Part shown: positions 27,912-37,132 of the stretch, piece after piece
Layout of the letters: each line of letters opens with the position of its first letter
How positions within the stretch are numbered: the first letter of the stretch is position 1
Source: an uncultured Chloroflexia bacterium
GTDB taxonomy: Bacteria; Chloroflexota; Limnocylindria; Limnocylindrales; CSP1-4
Reading direction: 5' to 3'
DNA: 64,000 nucleotides
NCBI GenBank assembly: GCA_963781845.1
Contig: CAWAHN010000016.1
Span: 265,713-329,712 of the forward strand
Program-made: the position numbers and the translations under genes
The notes under the pieces: model-generated
The model's database searches: none
What the model was told of the DNA's origin: nothing
The model's input: only the letters and a program-made list of their open reading frames with translations

Positions 27912-30131
27912 TCACGGGATGACGAGGTGGACCGGGTTGCCGAGGATGTCGACCTGCCAGGTCGTCAGGTCGAAGGCCTTGCTCGACGAGCTCCCGCCCA
28001 TCGTGTAGCGGATCCGCCACCAGCCCGGCTCCGGGTCGCCGGCCGACTGCGGGGCGGTGTAGTTCTTGAGCGATACGTCGATCGTCAGCCAGCACCCGTT
28101 GAAGACGGACGACCCGCCCGTGTTCGTCGTGACCGACGAGCCGGAGCCGCCGGTGGGACACCCGGATCCGGTGGTCGGGGTCCCGTCGACCGAGGTCCAG
28201 GTGAAGCTGGCGGGGGTCGGGGCCCCGCCCTGGACCGGTCGGAGGATCTGCAGCGAGGCCGACAGGTTCCCGGTGTCGCCCGGGTCCCACAGCCTGATCC
28301 GCATCGTCTTGCCCGAATGGATCGCATCGATCTGGGCGAGGTAGAACTCGGCCGCGCCGCCGCCGTCGAGCGGGGTGAAGGCTTCCATCGCGCCGATCCC
28401 GTAGATCCGCGGACCGCTGGTCCCGCCGGATGCCGTCGACCACAGCGCGAACGAGTTGTGACCGTCGGCATCATCCATCGCGGCCGGGTTGGCGGGGTTG
28501 GTCGACGTGGTGTGCAGCCGGTAGGTGTGACCGCCCTGGAGCGACCCCGTCAGCTGCCACCAGCGATCGTGCCAGTAGCGGCCGTCGGCCTTGTTGTTCG
28601 TCGCCCCCTGGGAGCAGTCCGTCGAGGCGCCGGAGCTGCCGAGGTTCGGCCCGCCGAGGCTCTCATCCGACGCCCGGATGTTGGCGAACAGGCTGCCCGA
28701 CGAGGCGATGACGCCGTTCTCCACGTCGTCCTGCAGGTCGTACGGCGTGTTCATCGTGTCGTACAGCGTGTAGTACGCGCTCGTCGCGGCCGATCCGCTG
28801 AAGTACCGATCGCCGGTCCCGTATTGACCGCTCGTGTCCGTGGCGCAGAAGACCGGGTCGTAGATCCAGAGCTGCCCGGCCGAGGTGCCGGCCGGGATCT
28901 CGATCCCGTAGTTGTAGTAGGTGACCGGGTCGTATTCGGCGTTGACGCCCGACGTCCGCGGGTTCCAGTGCGGTAGGTAGGCGTCGCCGTTCACCTTCTC
29001 GGCGCCCTGGTTGATGAACGTCCCCCAGAAGCCGCGCGGCGTGAGGCTGCTGCCGTCGGGCGCGCCCAGGTTCTTGTCGGGCACGAACGTCGAGGTCGAG
29101 TAGGAGACCATCACCTCGAGGTAGTCGAGGTTGGTGGTGCCGCTGCAGCTGCCGTTGTGGACGTTCTCGACGCGGACCCGGAAGTTGCCGTCCGACAGGT
29201 CCGAGGCCGACCAGCTCGAGCGGTTCCACAGGTCGCTGCTGCTCCCGAGCGTGTACTGGTGGTTCGGGTTGCCGTCCAGGTTCGGCGTGTTCTTGATGCC
29301 GGTCCCCGTCCCCGTCGTGTAGGCGCCGCCGTTGTTCGACGACAGGCGGACCTGGATCTGGCAGTTGTTGCCGACGGTCCGGTCGGCCTCGAGGCGGACC
29401 TGGATGCCGGTGATGGTCGCCCCGCCGGGGATCGTCATCGCCGCGTTGGTCGGGGTCCGTGGCGTTCCCCAGGCCTGCTGCTCCCCGTTCAGGCTCGAGG
29501 TCGCGAAGTTGTCGTCGCTCTGGTAGACGGCCCCGAAGTTGGCCCAGGCGTTGGTCCCCTTCGGCGCGGTGACGTGCAACCAGCCGGTATCGGCATCGGT
29601 CGTGGTCGTCACACCGCCGTCGGGGGTACGGACCTTCCCGAAGACCCCGTAGTAGTTGTCGGGGCTGCCCATCGGCACCGGCAGGACGAACTCGGCCTTG
29701 GCGGTCCGGGTGGCATTGAACGATTTGATCCCGAAGATCCGGGCGAAGTAGGTCGACACCGGCGCACTGATCGTCACGTTGAGCCGGCGCTTGTTCGAGG
29801 CGTCCTGGAGCGGGGTCACGGTGACGCCCGGGCTCGACCCGTTGTAGCCGTTCTTGATCGCTTCCTTGCGAGCCTTGTCGTACGCGGTGGTGGTGTCGCC
29901 GGGCAGGAAGACCACCCCGGCGAGGGCGGCGGCGTCGGCGGCGCGCTGGACGCGCAGGCTGTTCGCCCAGTACCAGCTGACGTCGACGACGATCGCGGTG
30001 ATCCCGGTCAGGACGAAGATCGACACGGCGAACAGCACGAGCATCTGGCCACGCGAAGCCAACCGGCGCCGGGCGGCGCCGAGCCTGGATCCCGCCGGCC
30101 GAGGGCGGACGTCGCCGATGTGCGAACCCAT
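27912..30131 (-). CDS. TadG-like (Tad/Flp pilus TadE/G-type N-terminus) large secreted/membrane-anchored protein, 739 aa
   Basis: ATG 30131 has GGAAGGGA upstream. The N-terminus RRRLASRGQMLVLFAVSIFVLTGITAIVVDVSWYWANSLRVQRAADAAALAG is typical of TadG-type pseudopilins. The rest is paralogous to 30513..32825. Confidence 0.8.
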   Translation of the reverse strand: MGSHIGDVRPRPAGSRLGAARRRLASRGQMLVLFAVSIFVLTGITAIVVDVSWYWANSLRVQRAADAAALAGVVFLPGDTTTAYDKARKEAIKNGYNGSSPGVTVTPLQDASNKRRLNVTISAPVSTYFARIFGIKSFNATRTAKAEFVLPVPMGSPDNYYGVFGKVRTPDGGVTTTTDADTGWLHVTAPKGTNAWANFGAVYQSDDNFATSSLNGEQQAWGTPRTPTNAAMTIPGGATITGIQVRLEADRTVGNNCQIQVRLSSNNGGAYTTGTGTGIKNTPNLDGNPNHQYTLGSSSDLWNRSSWSASDLSDGNFRVRVENVHNGSCSGTTNLDYLEVMVSYSTSTFVPDKNLGAPDGSSLTPRGFWGTFINQGAEKVNGDAYLPHWNPRTSGVNAEYDPVTYYNYGIEIPAGTSAGQLWIYDPVFCATDTSGQYGTGDRYFSGSAATSAYYTLYDTMNTPYDLQDDVENGVIASSGSLFANIRASDESLGGPNLGSSGASTDCSQGATNNKADGRYWHDRWWQLTGSLQGGHTYRLHTTSTNPANPAAMDDADGHNSFALWSTASGGTSGPRIYGIGAMEAFTPLDGGGAAEFYLAQIDAIHSGKTMRIRLWDPGDTGNLSASLQILRPVQGGAPTPASFTWTSVDGTPTTGSGCPTGGSGSSVTTNTGGSSVFNGCWLTIDVSLKNYTAPQSAGDPEPGWWRIRYTMGGSSSSKAFDLTTWQVDILGNPVHLVIP
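29923..30079. repeat. 157-bp segment identical to 32635..32791
   Basis: Base-by-base comparison of the two stretches shows identity. The segment encodes the shared N-terminal helix of the two TadG-like genes. Confidence 0.9.
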
Positions 30132-30160
30132 CCGAGTCCCTTCCTACGTTCACGGCCGAT

Positions 30161-30293
30161 GACCCATCCGGGCCATCGAGCACTAGTACCGTAGTCAGGG
30201 GTACTTGTCGGCCGACATTACAAATCACGTGAATCCGGGCGATCCGGCTAACTTCCGTTGACCGTTGGCGACGAGACGTATGGTTCGGTCAGG
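30161..30293 (-). promoter_or_regulatory. Conserved AT-rich intergenic module, copy B (upstream of the 739-aa TadG-like gene)
   Basis: It aligns with 27632..27765 with a single 1-nt indel. The arms are AGTACC 30185-30190 and GGTACT 30200-30205, and GACATTACAAAT is at 30214-30225. Confidence 0.5.
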
Positions 30294-30438
30294 TAAGGGC
30301 GGTCGTGGAGGGTTCGTGGGCGGTGCGCTGCGGTCCAGGGCGGTCTCGGCACAACGCGAGTGCCGACGGCTCCACGCCGGGAGGGACGCGATCGGGCCTC
30401 GCCGGCGGTCGGGCCGGCGGTCCCTCCGGACATGAAAC

Positions 30439-30472
30439 GGCCGAGCCGTCGGATGACCCGAACGGCTCGGCC
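30439..30472 (-). terminator. Terminator-like hairpin after the 770-aa TadG-like gene
   Basis: GGCCGAGCCGT-12 nt-ACGGCTCGGCC gives an 11-bp stem, followed on the minus strand by GTTTCAT. A smaller hairpin (30484-30503) lies between it and the stop at 30513. Confidence 0.55.
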
Positions 30473-30512
30473 GATGAGGACGGAGGGCGAAATACTCCGC
30501 CCTTGGGAACGT

Positions 30513-32825
30513 CTACGGAACGACGAGGTGGACCGGGTTCCCTCGGATCTGGACCTTCCACGTCGTGACGTCGTTCGAGGTCCCGGTCCCGTTCATCGTG
30601 TACTTGATCTTCCACCACCCGCTCTGCTGGGCGGTGTAGGTCGTGGGGATGACGACCTGGATCGTCAGCCAGCACCCGTTGTAGGTGCCGGCGGTCGCGC
30701 CGACATTGGTCTGGATGGACGACACGCCCGTTCCGGACAACGAGCCGCAGTTCGCGACTCCTGCGTTGGTCGTTCCCGGCGCCGCCGTGTAGTCCATCGA
30801 CGCGGGCGACCAACCGCTGCTCGTCGGGATCTCGATCTGGATCGAGGCGCTCAACGGGTTCGTGTCACCCGGGTCCCAGAGGGCGATCTCGACCGTCTTC
30901 CCGGCGTGGACCGCGTCGATCTGGGCCAGGTAGAACTCGGACGAGGTGACCGAACCCGCGGCGGTGAGCGGGGTGAACATCTGCATCGCGCCGATGCCGT
31001 AGATCCGCGGCGTCCCGCCGCTGGCCGAGGCGTACAGCGCGTAGCTGTTCTCGCCGTCGACATTGCGCTGGTCGGCGGCGTTGGACGGATCGGTCGAGGT
31101 GGTATGGAGGCGATAGACCTTGCCGTTCGCCCCGCCGCTCAGGCCGCTGGCCAGCAGGTACCACTCGTCGTGGTAGTCCCGGCCATCGCCGTAGGGGGCG
31201 ATCGTCGTATGCCGGCACTCGGACCCACCGCTGCCGCCCATGGTCGAGTCGGACGCCCCGATCTTCCGGAAGAGCGCGCTCGAGTTGGCGACGGGCGAGC
31301 CGTCGTCGGTCATGTCGTAGAGCGTGTTCTTGGTGTCGTACAGCTCGTAGAAGGTGCTCACCGCACTGCCGCCACCGGAGAACCAGCGGTCGCCGGTCCC
31401 CTTGCTGGTCGTGACCGCGCAGAAGACCGGGTCGTAGACGTAGACCGACCCGTTGGTCGTGCCGGCCGGCATCTCGACCGCGTAGTTGTAGTACGCGCTG
31501 CCGTCATAGGCCGGGTTGGTCGCTCCGCCGACGGTGTCGTAGTACGGCTGGAACGCGTCGCCGTTGATGTTGGCGGCCCCCTCCGTGTTCTGGGTCGCCC
31601 AGAAGCCGCGCGGGTTGAGGACCGCGCCGTCGGCGTTGTAGCAGCTGGCCACGCCGGTGCAGGTCGTGCCCGGACCCTGGAGGTTCTTGTCGGCGATGGG
31701 CGTCGTCGTGGTGGTGGTCGTGGTGGTGGTGGTGTCCATGCTCCAGTAGACGCGGGCCTCGACCATGTCGACGTTGGTCTGGGGCAGCGTGGTGCAGCCC
31801 TTGATCACGGTCAACCGCACCCGGAAGTTGGTGTCCGAGAAGTCGTTGCGGGCCCAGGTGTGGGGAGTGGCCGGGCCCCAGGCCGTCGTGCTCGTCGTGC
31901 CGCCCGACGACGGCAGGATGGAGGTGGCCGCGCTCCCGACCGGCGTCGTCAGGTTGGGTGTGGCGATCTGGCTCCCCCAGGTCGTCCCGCCGTTCCACGA
32001 GACGTCGGCCTTGATCGTCGTCCCGGCGCAGGCCGAGGCCATCCAGGTGTCGGTCAGCCGGACCTGGAGCCCGACGATCGTCAACGTCTGGCCGACGCCA
32101 GGGCTCGGGATGGCGGTGCCGCCGCTGAGGAGCCCGAACCCGCTCCACTGCTGGGCGGAGTTGGTCGTGCTCGTCCGGGCGTAGATGTTGTTGTTGGAGT
32201 TGACGCTCGCGATGAGCGTCCCGCTCGAGGCTGTCCAGTTGGCCGTGCCCGGGGCGGTCGTGTCGACCATGCCCCAGCCGGAGTCGCCGGTCGCGGTGGT
32301 CGTGTTCGTCGTCGTCACCTGGTCGGTCGAGGTGAGGCCGCGGGTGAGGCCGAACACGCCGTAGTAGTTCTCCGGGCTGCCCATCGGGACGGGCAGGACG
32401 TACTCGGCCTTCGAGCTGCGGACGGCCTGGATGGAGTTCAGTCCGAAGATCTTCATGAAGAACGTACCGACCGGCGCGGAGATCGTGACGCTCAGGCGCC
32501 GCTTGTTGCTGGCGTCCTGGAGCGGGGTGACGACCACCCCGCCGATGCCGTCGTCGTAGCCGTTCTTGGTCGCCTCGTCCTGGGCCGTCGAGTAGGCGGT
32601 GCTCGGGTTGCCAGGCAGCCAGACGACCCCGGCCAGGGCGGCGGCGTCGGCGGCGCGCTGGACGCGCAGGCTGTTCGCCCAGTACCAGCTGACGTCGACG
32701 ACGATCGCGGTGATCCCGGTCAGGACGAAGATCGACACGGCGAACAGCACGAGCATCTGGCCACGCGAAGCCAACCGGCGCCGGGCGGCGCTGGTGGTCT
32801 GGCGGGCGTGATCCAACGGGTGCAT
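30513..32825 (-). CDS. TadG-like large protein, 770 aa (paralogue of 27912..30131)
   Basis: ATG 32825 has AGGAGA upstream, overlapping the previous stop. The N-terminal helix is the same. Shared blocks include VLPVPMGSPENYYGVFG, YDPVFCA, GTGDRWFSG, YRLHTTST, PRIYGIGAM, LWDPGDT and GNPVHLVVP. It contains an 11-residue Thr run. Confidence 0.8.
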   Translation of the reverse strand: MHPLDHARQTTSAARRRLASRGQMLVLFAVSIFVLTGITAIVVDVSWYWANSLRVQRAADAAALAGVVWLPGNPSTAYSTAQDEATKNGYDDGIGGVVVTPLQDASNKRRLSVTISAPVGTFFMKIFGLNSIQAVRSSKAEYVLPVPMGSPENYYGVFGLTRGLTSTDQVTTTNTTTATGDSGWGMVDTTAPGTANWTASSGTLIASVNSNNNIYARTSTTNSAQQWSGFGLLSGGTAIPSPGVGQTLTIVGLQVRLTDTWMASACAGTTIKADVSWNGGTTWGSQIATPNLTTPVGSAATSILPSSGGTTSTTAWGPATPHTWARNDFSDTNFRVRLTVIKGCTTLPQTNVDMVEARVYWSMDTTTTTTTTTTTPIADKNLQGPGTTCTGVASCYNADGAVLNPRGFWATQNTEGAANINGDAFQPYYDTVGGATNPAYDGSAYYNYAVEMPAGTTNGSVYVYDPVFCAVTTSKGTGDRWFSGGGSAVSTFYELYDTKNTLYDMTDDGSPVANSSALFRKIGASDSTMGGSGGSECRHTTIAPYGDGRDYHDEWYLLASGLSGGANGKVYRLHTTSTDPSNAADQRNVDGENSYALYASASGGTPRIYGIGAMQMFTPLTAAGSVTSSEFYLAQIDAVHAGKTVEIALWDPGDTNPLSASIQIEIPTSSGWSPASMDYTAAPGTTNAGVANCGSLSGTGVSSIQTNVGATAGTYNGCWLTIQVVIPTTYTAQQSGWWKIKYTMNGTGTSNDVTTWKVQIRGNPVHLVVP
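32635..32791. repeat. 157-bp segment identical to 29923..30079
   Basis: See the partner repeat. The two form a direct repeat offset by 2712 bp. Confidence 0.9.
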
Positions 32826-32838
32826 CTTCGGTCTTCTC

Positions 32839-33447
32839 CTAGCTCGGGTTGAGCGCCATGACGGTGCGGTCGGACATCGAGAACTGCGGGGTGCCGACCA
32901 TGCCGAGGAAGACCCCCAGCGGACTGATCAATCGATAGCTGTAGGTGAGCCCGATCCCGATCGAGTCGGGGGTGGAGCCGTTGTCGCGGGAACACGCGTT
33001 CCAGCTGACGCTGCTCTGCTTGAACTTGAGCGCCACGCCGTCGACGGTCGGGCCGGCGCCAGGCACCCAGACGTTGACCGGGCCGGCCTGGCCGCCCGAG
33101 GCGTTCGCCTGGTAGATCGTGATCTGGCTGATCCGGCTGACATCGACCGGGGATCCCGGCGAGGTCAGGACGCGCTGGGCAGCGGCGATGATCTGCTGGT
33201 CGACCGGGGAGGTCCCCGACGCGTCGACGGCGCAGGGGACCGACGAGGTGCCCTTGCCCAGCGCCGCGCCCGTCCGGGCGCCTTCGCGCGTCGCGTACTC
33301 GAGGGTCAGGTTGTGGCTGAAGGCGAACCCGAACTCGAGCATCCCGAACAGCATCATCACGAAGACCGGGACCGCGACCGAGAACTCGACAAGGCTCTGG
33401 CCCCGAGCGCCGCTCCGGCGGCGGGTCGGTCGATGCACCCGGCTCAC
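32839..33447 (-). CDS. TadE-like protein (pseudopilin-type N-terminus)
   Basis: GTG 33447 overlaps the upstream stop as GTGA. The N-terminus is RRRSGARGQSLVEFSVAVPVFVMMLFGMLEFGFAF. Confidence 0.8.
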   Translation of the reverse strand: MSRVHRPTRRRSGARGQSLVEFSVAVPVFVMMLFGMLEFGFAFSHNLTLEYATREGARTGAALGKGTSSVPCAVDASGTSPVDQQIIAAAQRVLTSPGSPVDVSRISQITIYQANASGGQAGPVNVWVPGAGPTVDGVALKFKQSSVSWNACSRDNGSTPDSIGIGLTYSYRLISPLGVFLGMVGTPQFSMSDRTVMALNPS

Positions 33448-34037
33448 AGGATCGGCTCCATCCGCATGACGTTCGACTCGACCATCGTGTAGTCGGTCGC
33501 CCCGAGCCCGATGAACGAGCCCATCGGGGTGAACCAGGTGTAGTGGTAGGTGATCTTGACCCCGATCGTGTCGACGCCGCTCGAGCCGGAGCAGCCGGCC
33601 TGGATGTTGCAGCGGTTCGTCTCGAGATAGCCGCCCGTCGTCAACGAATACGGAGCCGTCCACGCCCCGCTGGGCAGGGTGCACGGGGTCGTGCCCGATC
33701 GGGCATAGACGTTGACCTGCCCGCCGATCTGGTTGCCGTTCTTGTCCGCGTTATAGATCCGGACCTCGGTGACCCGGGACGTGCTCGCCGGAGCGCTGAT
33801 CGCGTCCTCGACCTTCTTGAGGATCACGCAGTCGGAGCCGACCGCGTTGCCCGCCTCCGCCGCGATCAGGGACGCGTCGCGGCTGGCGAAGTTGATCGAC
33901 AGCAGGGCGTTGAACACCAGGCCGAACTCGATCAGCCCCATCAGCAGGACGAAGAAGATCGGGAAGACGAGGGCGAACTCGACCAGGGACTGGCCCCGCT
34001 GCTGTCGCTCTCGGCGTACTCGGAAGGGTCGCTTCAC
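33444..34037 (-). CDS. TadE-like protein (second copy)
   Basis: GTG 34037 has GAGGCGGAG upstream. The N-terminus is RRERQQRGQSLVEFALVFPIFFVLLMGLIEFGLVF. The track ORF extends further into the kinase 3' end. Confidence 0.8.
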   Translation of the reverse strand: MKRPFRVRRERQQRGQSLVEFALVFPIFFVLLMGLIEFGLVFNALLSINFASRDASLIAAEAGNAVGSDCVILKKVEDAISAPASTSRVTEVRIYNADKNGNQIGGQVNVYARSGTTPCTLPSGAWTAPYSLTTGGYLETNRCNIQAGCSGSSGVDTIGVKITYHYTWFTPMGSFIGLGATDYTMVESNVMRMEPIL

Positions 34038-34194
34038 GCGGCGTGCTCCGCCTCTATCGCTCGAACGGATGACGAGGTCCTGAGACCTTCGCCACTGGAT
34101 ACCGTCTAGCCTAGGAAGCGGGACCTTTCGCGCCTCATTACGAAAGTGCGCGCCTGCACAGCCCGATGGTCCGGGAGCACCCCCCGGACGATGG

Positions 34195-36432
34195 TCAGAC
34201 GGGCCGCTCGGAACGCTCGGCGGGGACCGTGAATCGGAACCCGGCACCGCCCCCCGGCGCAGGCACATAGCGGATCGATCCGCCCATCGCCCGGACCAGC
34301 CCGCGGGCGACGTCGAGACCGAGCCCGGTCCCGTCGAGACCCTGGCTGGTCGAGCCTCGCTCGAACCGGCGAAAGACGCGGGTACGCTCGTCGGCCGGGA
34401 TGCCGGGGCCGTGGTCGAAGACCGTGACCGCGATCCGCTCGTCTCCGTCGGCCGGCTCGATGACGACCTCGATCGGGCCGCTCGGCGCGTACTTCAGGGC
34501 GTTGTCGAGGAGCATCCAGACGACCTGCTCGAGGGCCGCCCGGTCCGCGACGGCGACCATGCCGGCCGCTCGATCGTCGAGCTCGAACGGACGATCGGCG
34601 CCGAGCGACGACCAGACCCGCCGGACGACGGGCGTGGGCACGACCGGCTCGGCCTCGACCCGGAGGGTCCCGGCCTCGAGCCGGGACAAGGTCAGCAGCT
34701 GTCCGACCAGGCGGGCCAAGCGGTCCGTCTGCTCCCGGATGACGAAGGCGCCCTCGCGCGAGTGGGCGTCGGTCGAATCCGCGGTGGCGAGCTCGTCCGC
34801 GACCACCGCGATGCTCGTCAGCGGCGCCTGGAGGTTGTGGCTGACGCCGCGCAGGAAGTCGCCCTGGAGCCGGGTCAGCCGCCCGAGCCGATCCACTCGG
34901 TCGAGCGTCCGAGCGTGGACCGTGGCGTCGTCGATCGCCGCGCGCAGCAGCCTGGCAAAGACGTCGAGGAGGGACTGATCGGCCTCCGACCAGTCGCGCC
35001 CGACCGGGAGCCGGCCGGCGAGTCTCGGGCCCGAGGTGGCGGTCGCCTCGTCGTCCGCCAGCGGGCCGAGCGCCGCCGAGACGAGTCGGCCGCGGGCGAT
35101 CGGCACCTCCTGCGCGGGGCCGGGCGGAGGGGAGGCCGTGCGCTTCCGGGTGCTCGGAGCTGCGGCGGCGGTCGCCTCGAGCACGACGCCGTCGGCGTCC
35201 TCCAGGGTGACCTCGGTCAGCTCGAAGATCCGGCCGGCGGCCGCCACCCCACGGGCGTGGACCGCACCGACCCCGAGGTCCGGCGTCAGCTCGGCGATCG
35301 CCCGGATCGCGGCGCGCAGGATCCGATCGCGTCGTTCGAGCGTGTCGCCCATGCGGTCGAGCGCACTGGCCAGCCGTCCGATCTCGTCGCGATCGTCGGC
35401 CGGCAGGCGGACCGCGAGATCCCCCGCGGCCATCGCGCTCAGTCCCCCGCCGATGGCGTCGAGTCGGAGCCGCAGGCGGCGGCCGAGGAGGATCGCCAGG
35501 ATCGCCGCCGCCAGGACGGCCAGGAGCAGGCCGACCGCGAGCAACGGGATGAGTCGGTTGCCGACCGTCCGGAGCCCCTCGATCCGCATCGTCGCGACGT
35601 ACCAGCCGACCGACCGGCCGTCGATGCCGGTCAGCGACAGTGACCCGCCGGCGTACCCGGACCGGACCGCGACCGCCGGTTCGGCGGCGGTCGGGTCGGC
35701 CGCGACCGGGTCGGCGGCAAGGGCCGGGTCGAGATCCGGCGCGAAGGCGCTCGCGGCGGTCTCGTCGCTCGCCACGCGGAGCCGACCGGATCGATCGAAG
35801 ACCGCGCCGTCGAACCCGGTGACCTCGCGGGCGTCGACGACGAATGACGGATCGAGCCGACGGGCGAACGCCAGGCCGACCGGCTGTCCGACGCCGGCGT
35901 CGACGCCGGGCCCGGTCCGACCGGTCAGATCGATCGGTTGGAAGTCGACCAGGTAGACCCCGTCCCCGAGATCGGAGTAGACGGGCCCGGTCGGGATGAC
36001 GGACCGGACCAGCGCCCCCCGCGCCTGGGACGACAGGGCCGTGGTGGCGGCACCCGGGCCGCCGGCGATCTGCCGGTCGCCGACGATCAGGACGATCGCA
36101 TCCACCTCGCCCCGGTCGACCTGGAACTGGATCACGTCGCGACGGATGGCCTCCAGGTCCAGGCCGGCCACCTCGTCCTGGAGGATCGGCCAGGTCGCAT
36201 AGCTCTGGGTCCGCTCGTCGAGGTCGGCGGCGTCCCGGGCGAGCACTGCGGCGACCCCGCCGACGGCCGTCCGCGCCTGGGTCAGGGCTTCGTCGCCGAC
36301 GACCTCCTCGACCGACTTGATGACGGCGAACCCGAACAGCGCCAGCGGGACGACCGCGACCAGGATCAGGACGAGGATGACCTGGCGACGATAGGTCAGG
36401 CCCCGGCCGCGCCGACGCGACCCGTCCGCCAT
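34195..36432 (-). CDS. Sensor histidine kinase with large extracytoplasmic sensor, HAMP, linker domain, HisKA and HATPase
   Basis: There are two TM segments (VILVLILVAVVPLALFGFAVI; LIPLLAVGLLLAVLAAAILAILL). HAMP reads GDLAVRLPADDRDEIGRLASALDRM, the H-box FLRGVSHNLQAPLTSI, the N/G boxes LLDNALKYAP, DHGPGIP and GTGLGLDVARG. Confidence 0.85.
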   Translation of the reverse strand: MADGSRRRGRGLTYRRQVILVLILVAVVPLALFGFAVIKSVEEVVGDEALTQARTAVGGVAAVLARDAADLDERTQSYATWPILQDEVAGLDLEAIRRDVIQFQVDRGEVDAIVLIVGDRQIAGGPGAATTALSSQARGALVRSVIPTGPVYSDLGDGVYLVDFQPIDLTGRTGPGVDAGVGQPVGLAFARRLDPSFVVDAREVTGFDGAVFDRSGRLRVASDETAASAFAPDLDPALAADPVAADPTAAEPAVAVRSGYAGGSLSLTGIDGRSVGWYVATMRIEGLRTVGNRLIPLLAVGLLLAVLAAAILAILLGRRLRLRLDAIGGGLSAMAAGDLAVRLPADDRDEIGRLASALDRMGDTLERRDRILRAAIRAIAELTPDLGVGAVHARGVAAAGRIFELTEVTLEDADGVVLEATAAAAPSTRKRTASPPPGPAQEVPIARGRLVSAALGPLADDEATATSGPRLAGRLPVGRDWSEADQSLLDVFARLLRAAIDDATVHARTLDRVDRLGRLTRLQGDFLRGVSHNLQAPLTSIAVVADELATADSTDAHSREGAFVIREQTDRLARLVGQLLTLSRLEAGTLRVEAEPVVPTPVVRRVWSSLGADRPFELDDRAAGMVAVADRAALEQVVWMLLDNALKYAPSGPIEVVIEPADGDERIAVTVFDHGPGIPADERTRVFRRFERGSTSQGLDGTGLGLDVARGLVRAMGGSIRYVPAPGGGAGFRFTVPAERSERPV

Positions 36433-36439
36433 GCCGGGG

Positions 36440-37132
36440 TCAGCCGGCCGCGACCAGCCGATAGCCCCCGTTCCGGTCGGTCAGGAGGTGTCGCGGGTCG
36501 TCCGGGTCGACTTCGATCTTGCGCCGCAGGCGACGGATCGCCACCCAGACGTAGGCGGGGTCGGCGCCGTCGGAGTCGCTCCAGACGCGCGCCAGCAGGT
36601 GTTCGGTCGCGATCGTCGTGCCGAGATTGGCGGCGAGCGTGGCCAGGAGACGGGTCTCGGTGGGCGACAACGCCACGGGCCGACCGGCCACGATCGCCTC
36701 GCGGCGTCGGAGGGCGAGCGACAGGTCGGGCCCGAGCTCGAGCAGCTCGCTCGGGATCCGCTCGTTGAGTCGGCGCAGGACGCGATTCAGCCGCGCGACG
36801 AGCTCGGGGTAGTCGAACGGCTTGGTGACGTAATCCTCGGCATAGTGCTCGATCAACTCCGTCTTCGACCGGGACGTCGCGACGGCCGACAGGACGACGA
36901 TCGGGATGTCTGCCCGTTTCTTGATCCCGGCGGCCACTTCCTCGCCCGAGGTGCCGGGCATCGTCAGGTCGAGCAGGACCAGGTCCGGCCAGGACTCGTC
37001 GATGGCCGCCAGGGCCTCGGCCCCGGAGGCGGCCACGGAGACCTGGAAGCCGTCCCGCCGGAGGCGGGCGCCAAGGAACTGGGTCAGCTGCACGTCGTCG
37101 TCGACGAGGAGCAGACGGTGCCGCTCGGTCAT
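36440..37132 (-). CDS. OmpR/PhoB-family response regulator
   Basis: The receiver reads RLLLVDDDVQL...PDLVLLDLTMPGTSG...DYVTKPF. The winged helix reads LSPTETRLLATLAAN...VWVAIRRLRRKIE...GGYRL. Confidence 0.9.
   Translation of the reverse strand: MTERHRLLLVDDDVQLTQFLGARLRRDGFQVSVAASGAEALAAIDESWPDLVLLDLTMPGTSGEEVAAGIKKRADIPIVVLSAVATSRSKTELIEHYAEDYVTKPFDYPELVARLNRVLRRLNERIPSELLELGPDLSLALRRREAIVAGRPVALSPTETRLLATLAANLGTTIATEHLLARVWSDSDGADPAYVWVAIRRLRRKIEVDPDDPRHLLTDRNGGYRLVAAG

Noticed and set aside
30255-30290. A + strand promoter-like pair (GTTGAC ... TATGGT) inside module B.
   Set aside because: It would drive transcription antisense into the TadG-like gene. The -10-like hexamer is not conserved in copy A, and there is no credible + strand gene downstream.
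34038-34194. The 157-bp gap between the kinase and the first TadE gene, searched for a third copy of the AT-rich module or a small pilin ORF.
   Set aside because: It shows no similarity to the module. It holds only an 11-codon ORF and weak hairpins, so nothing is supportable.
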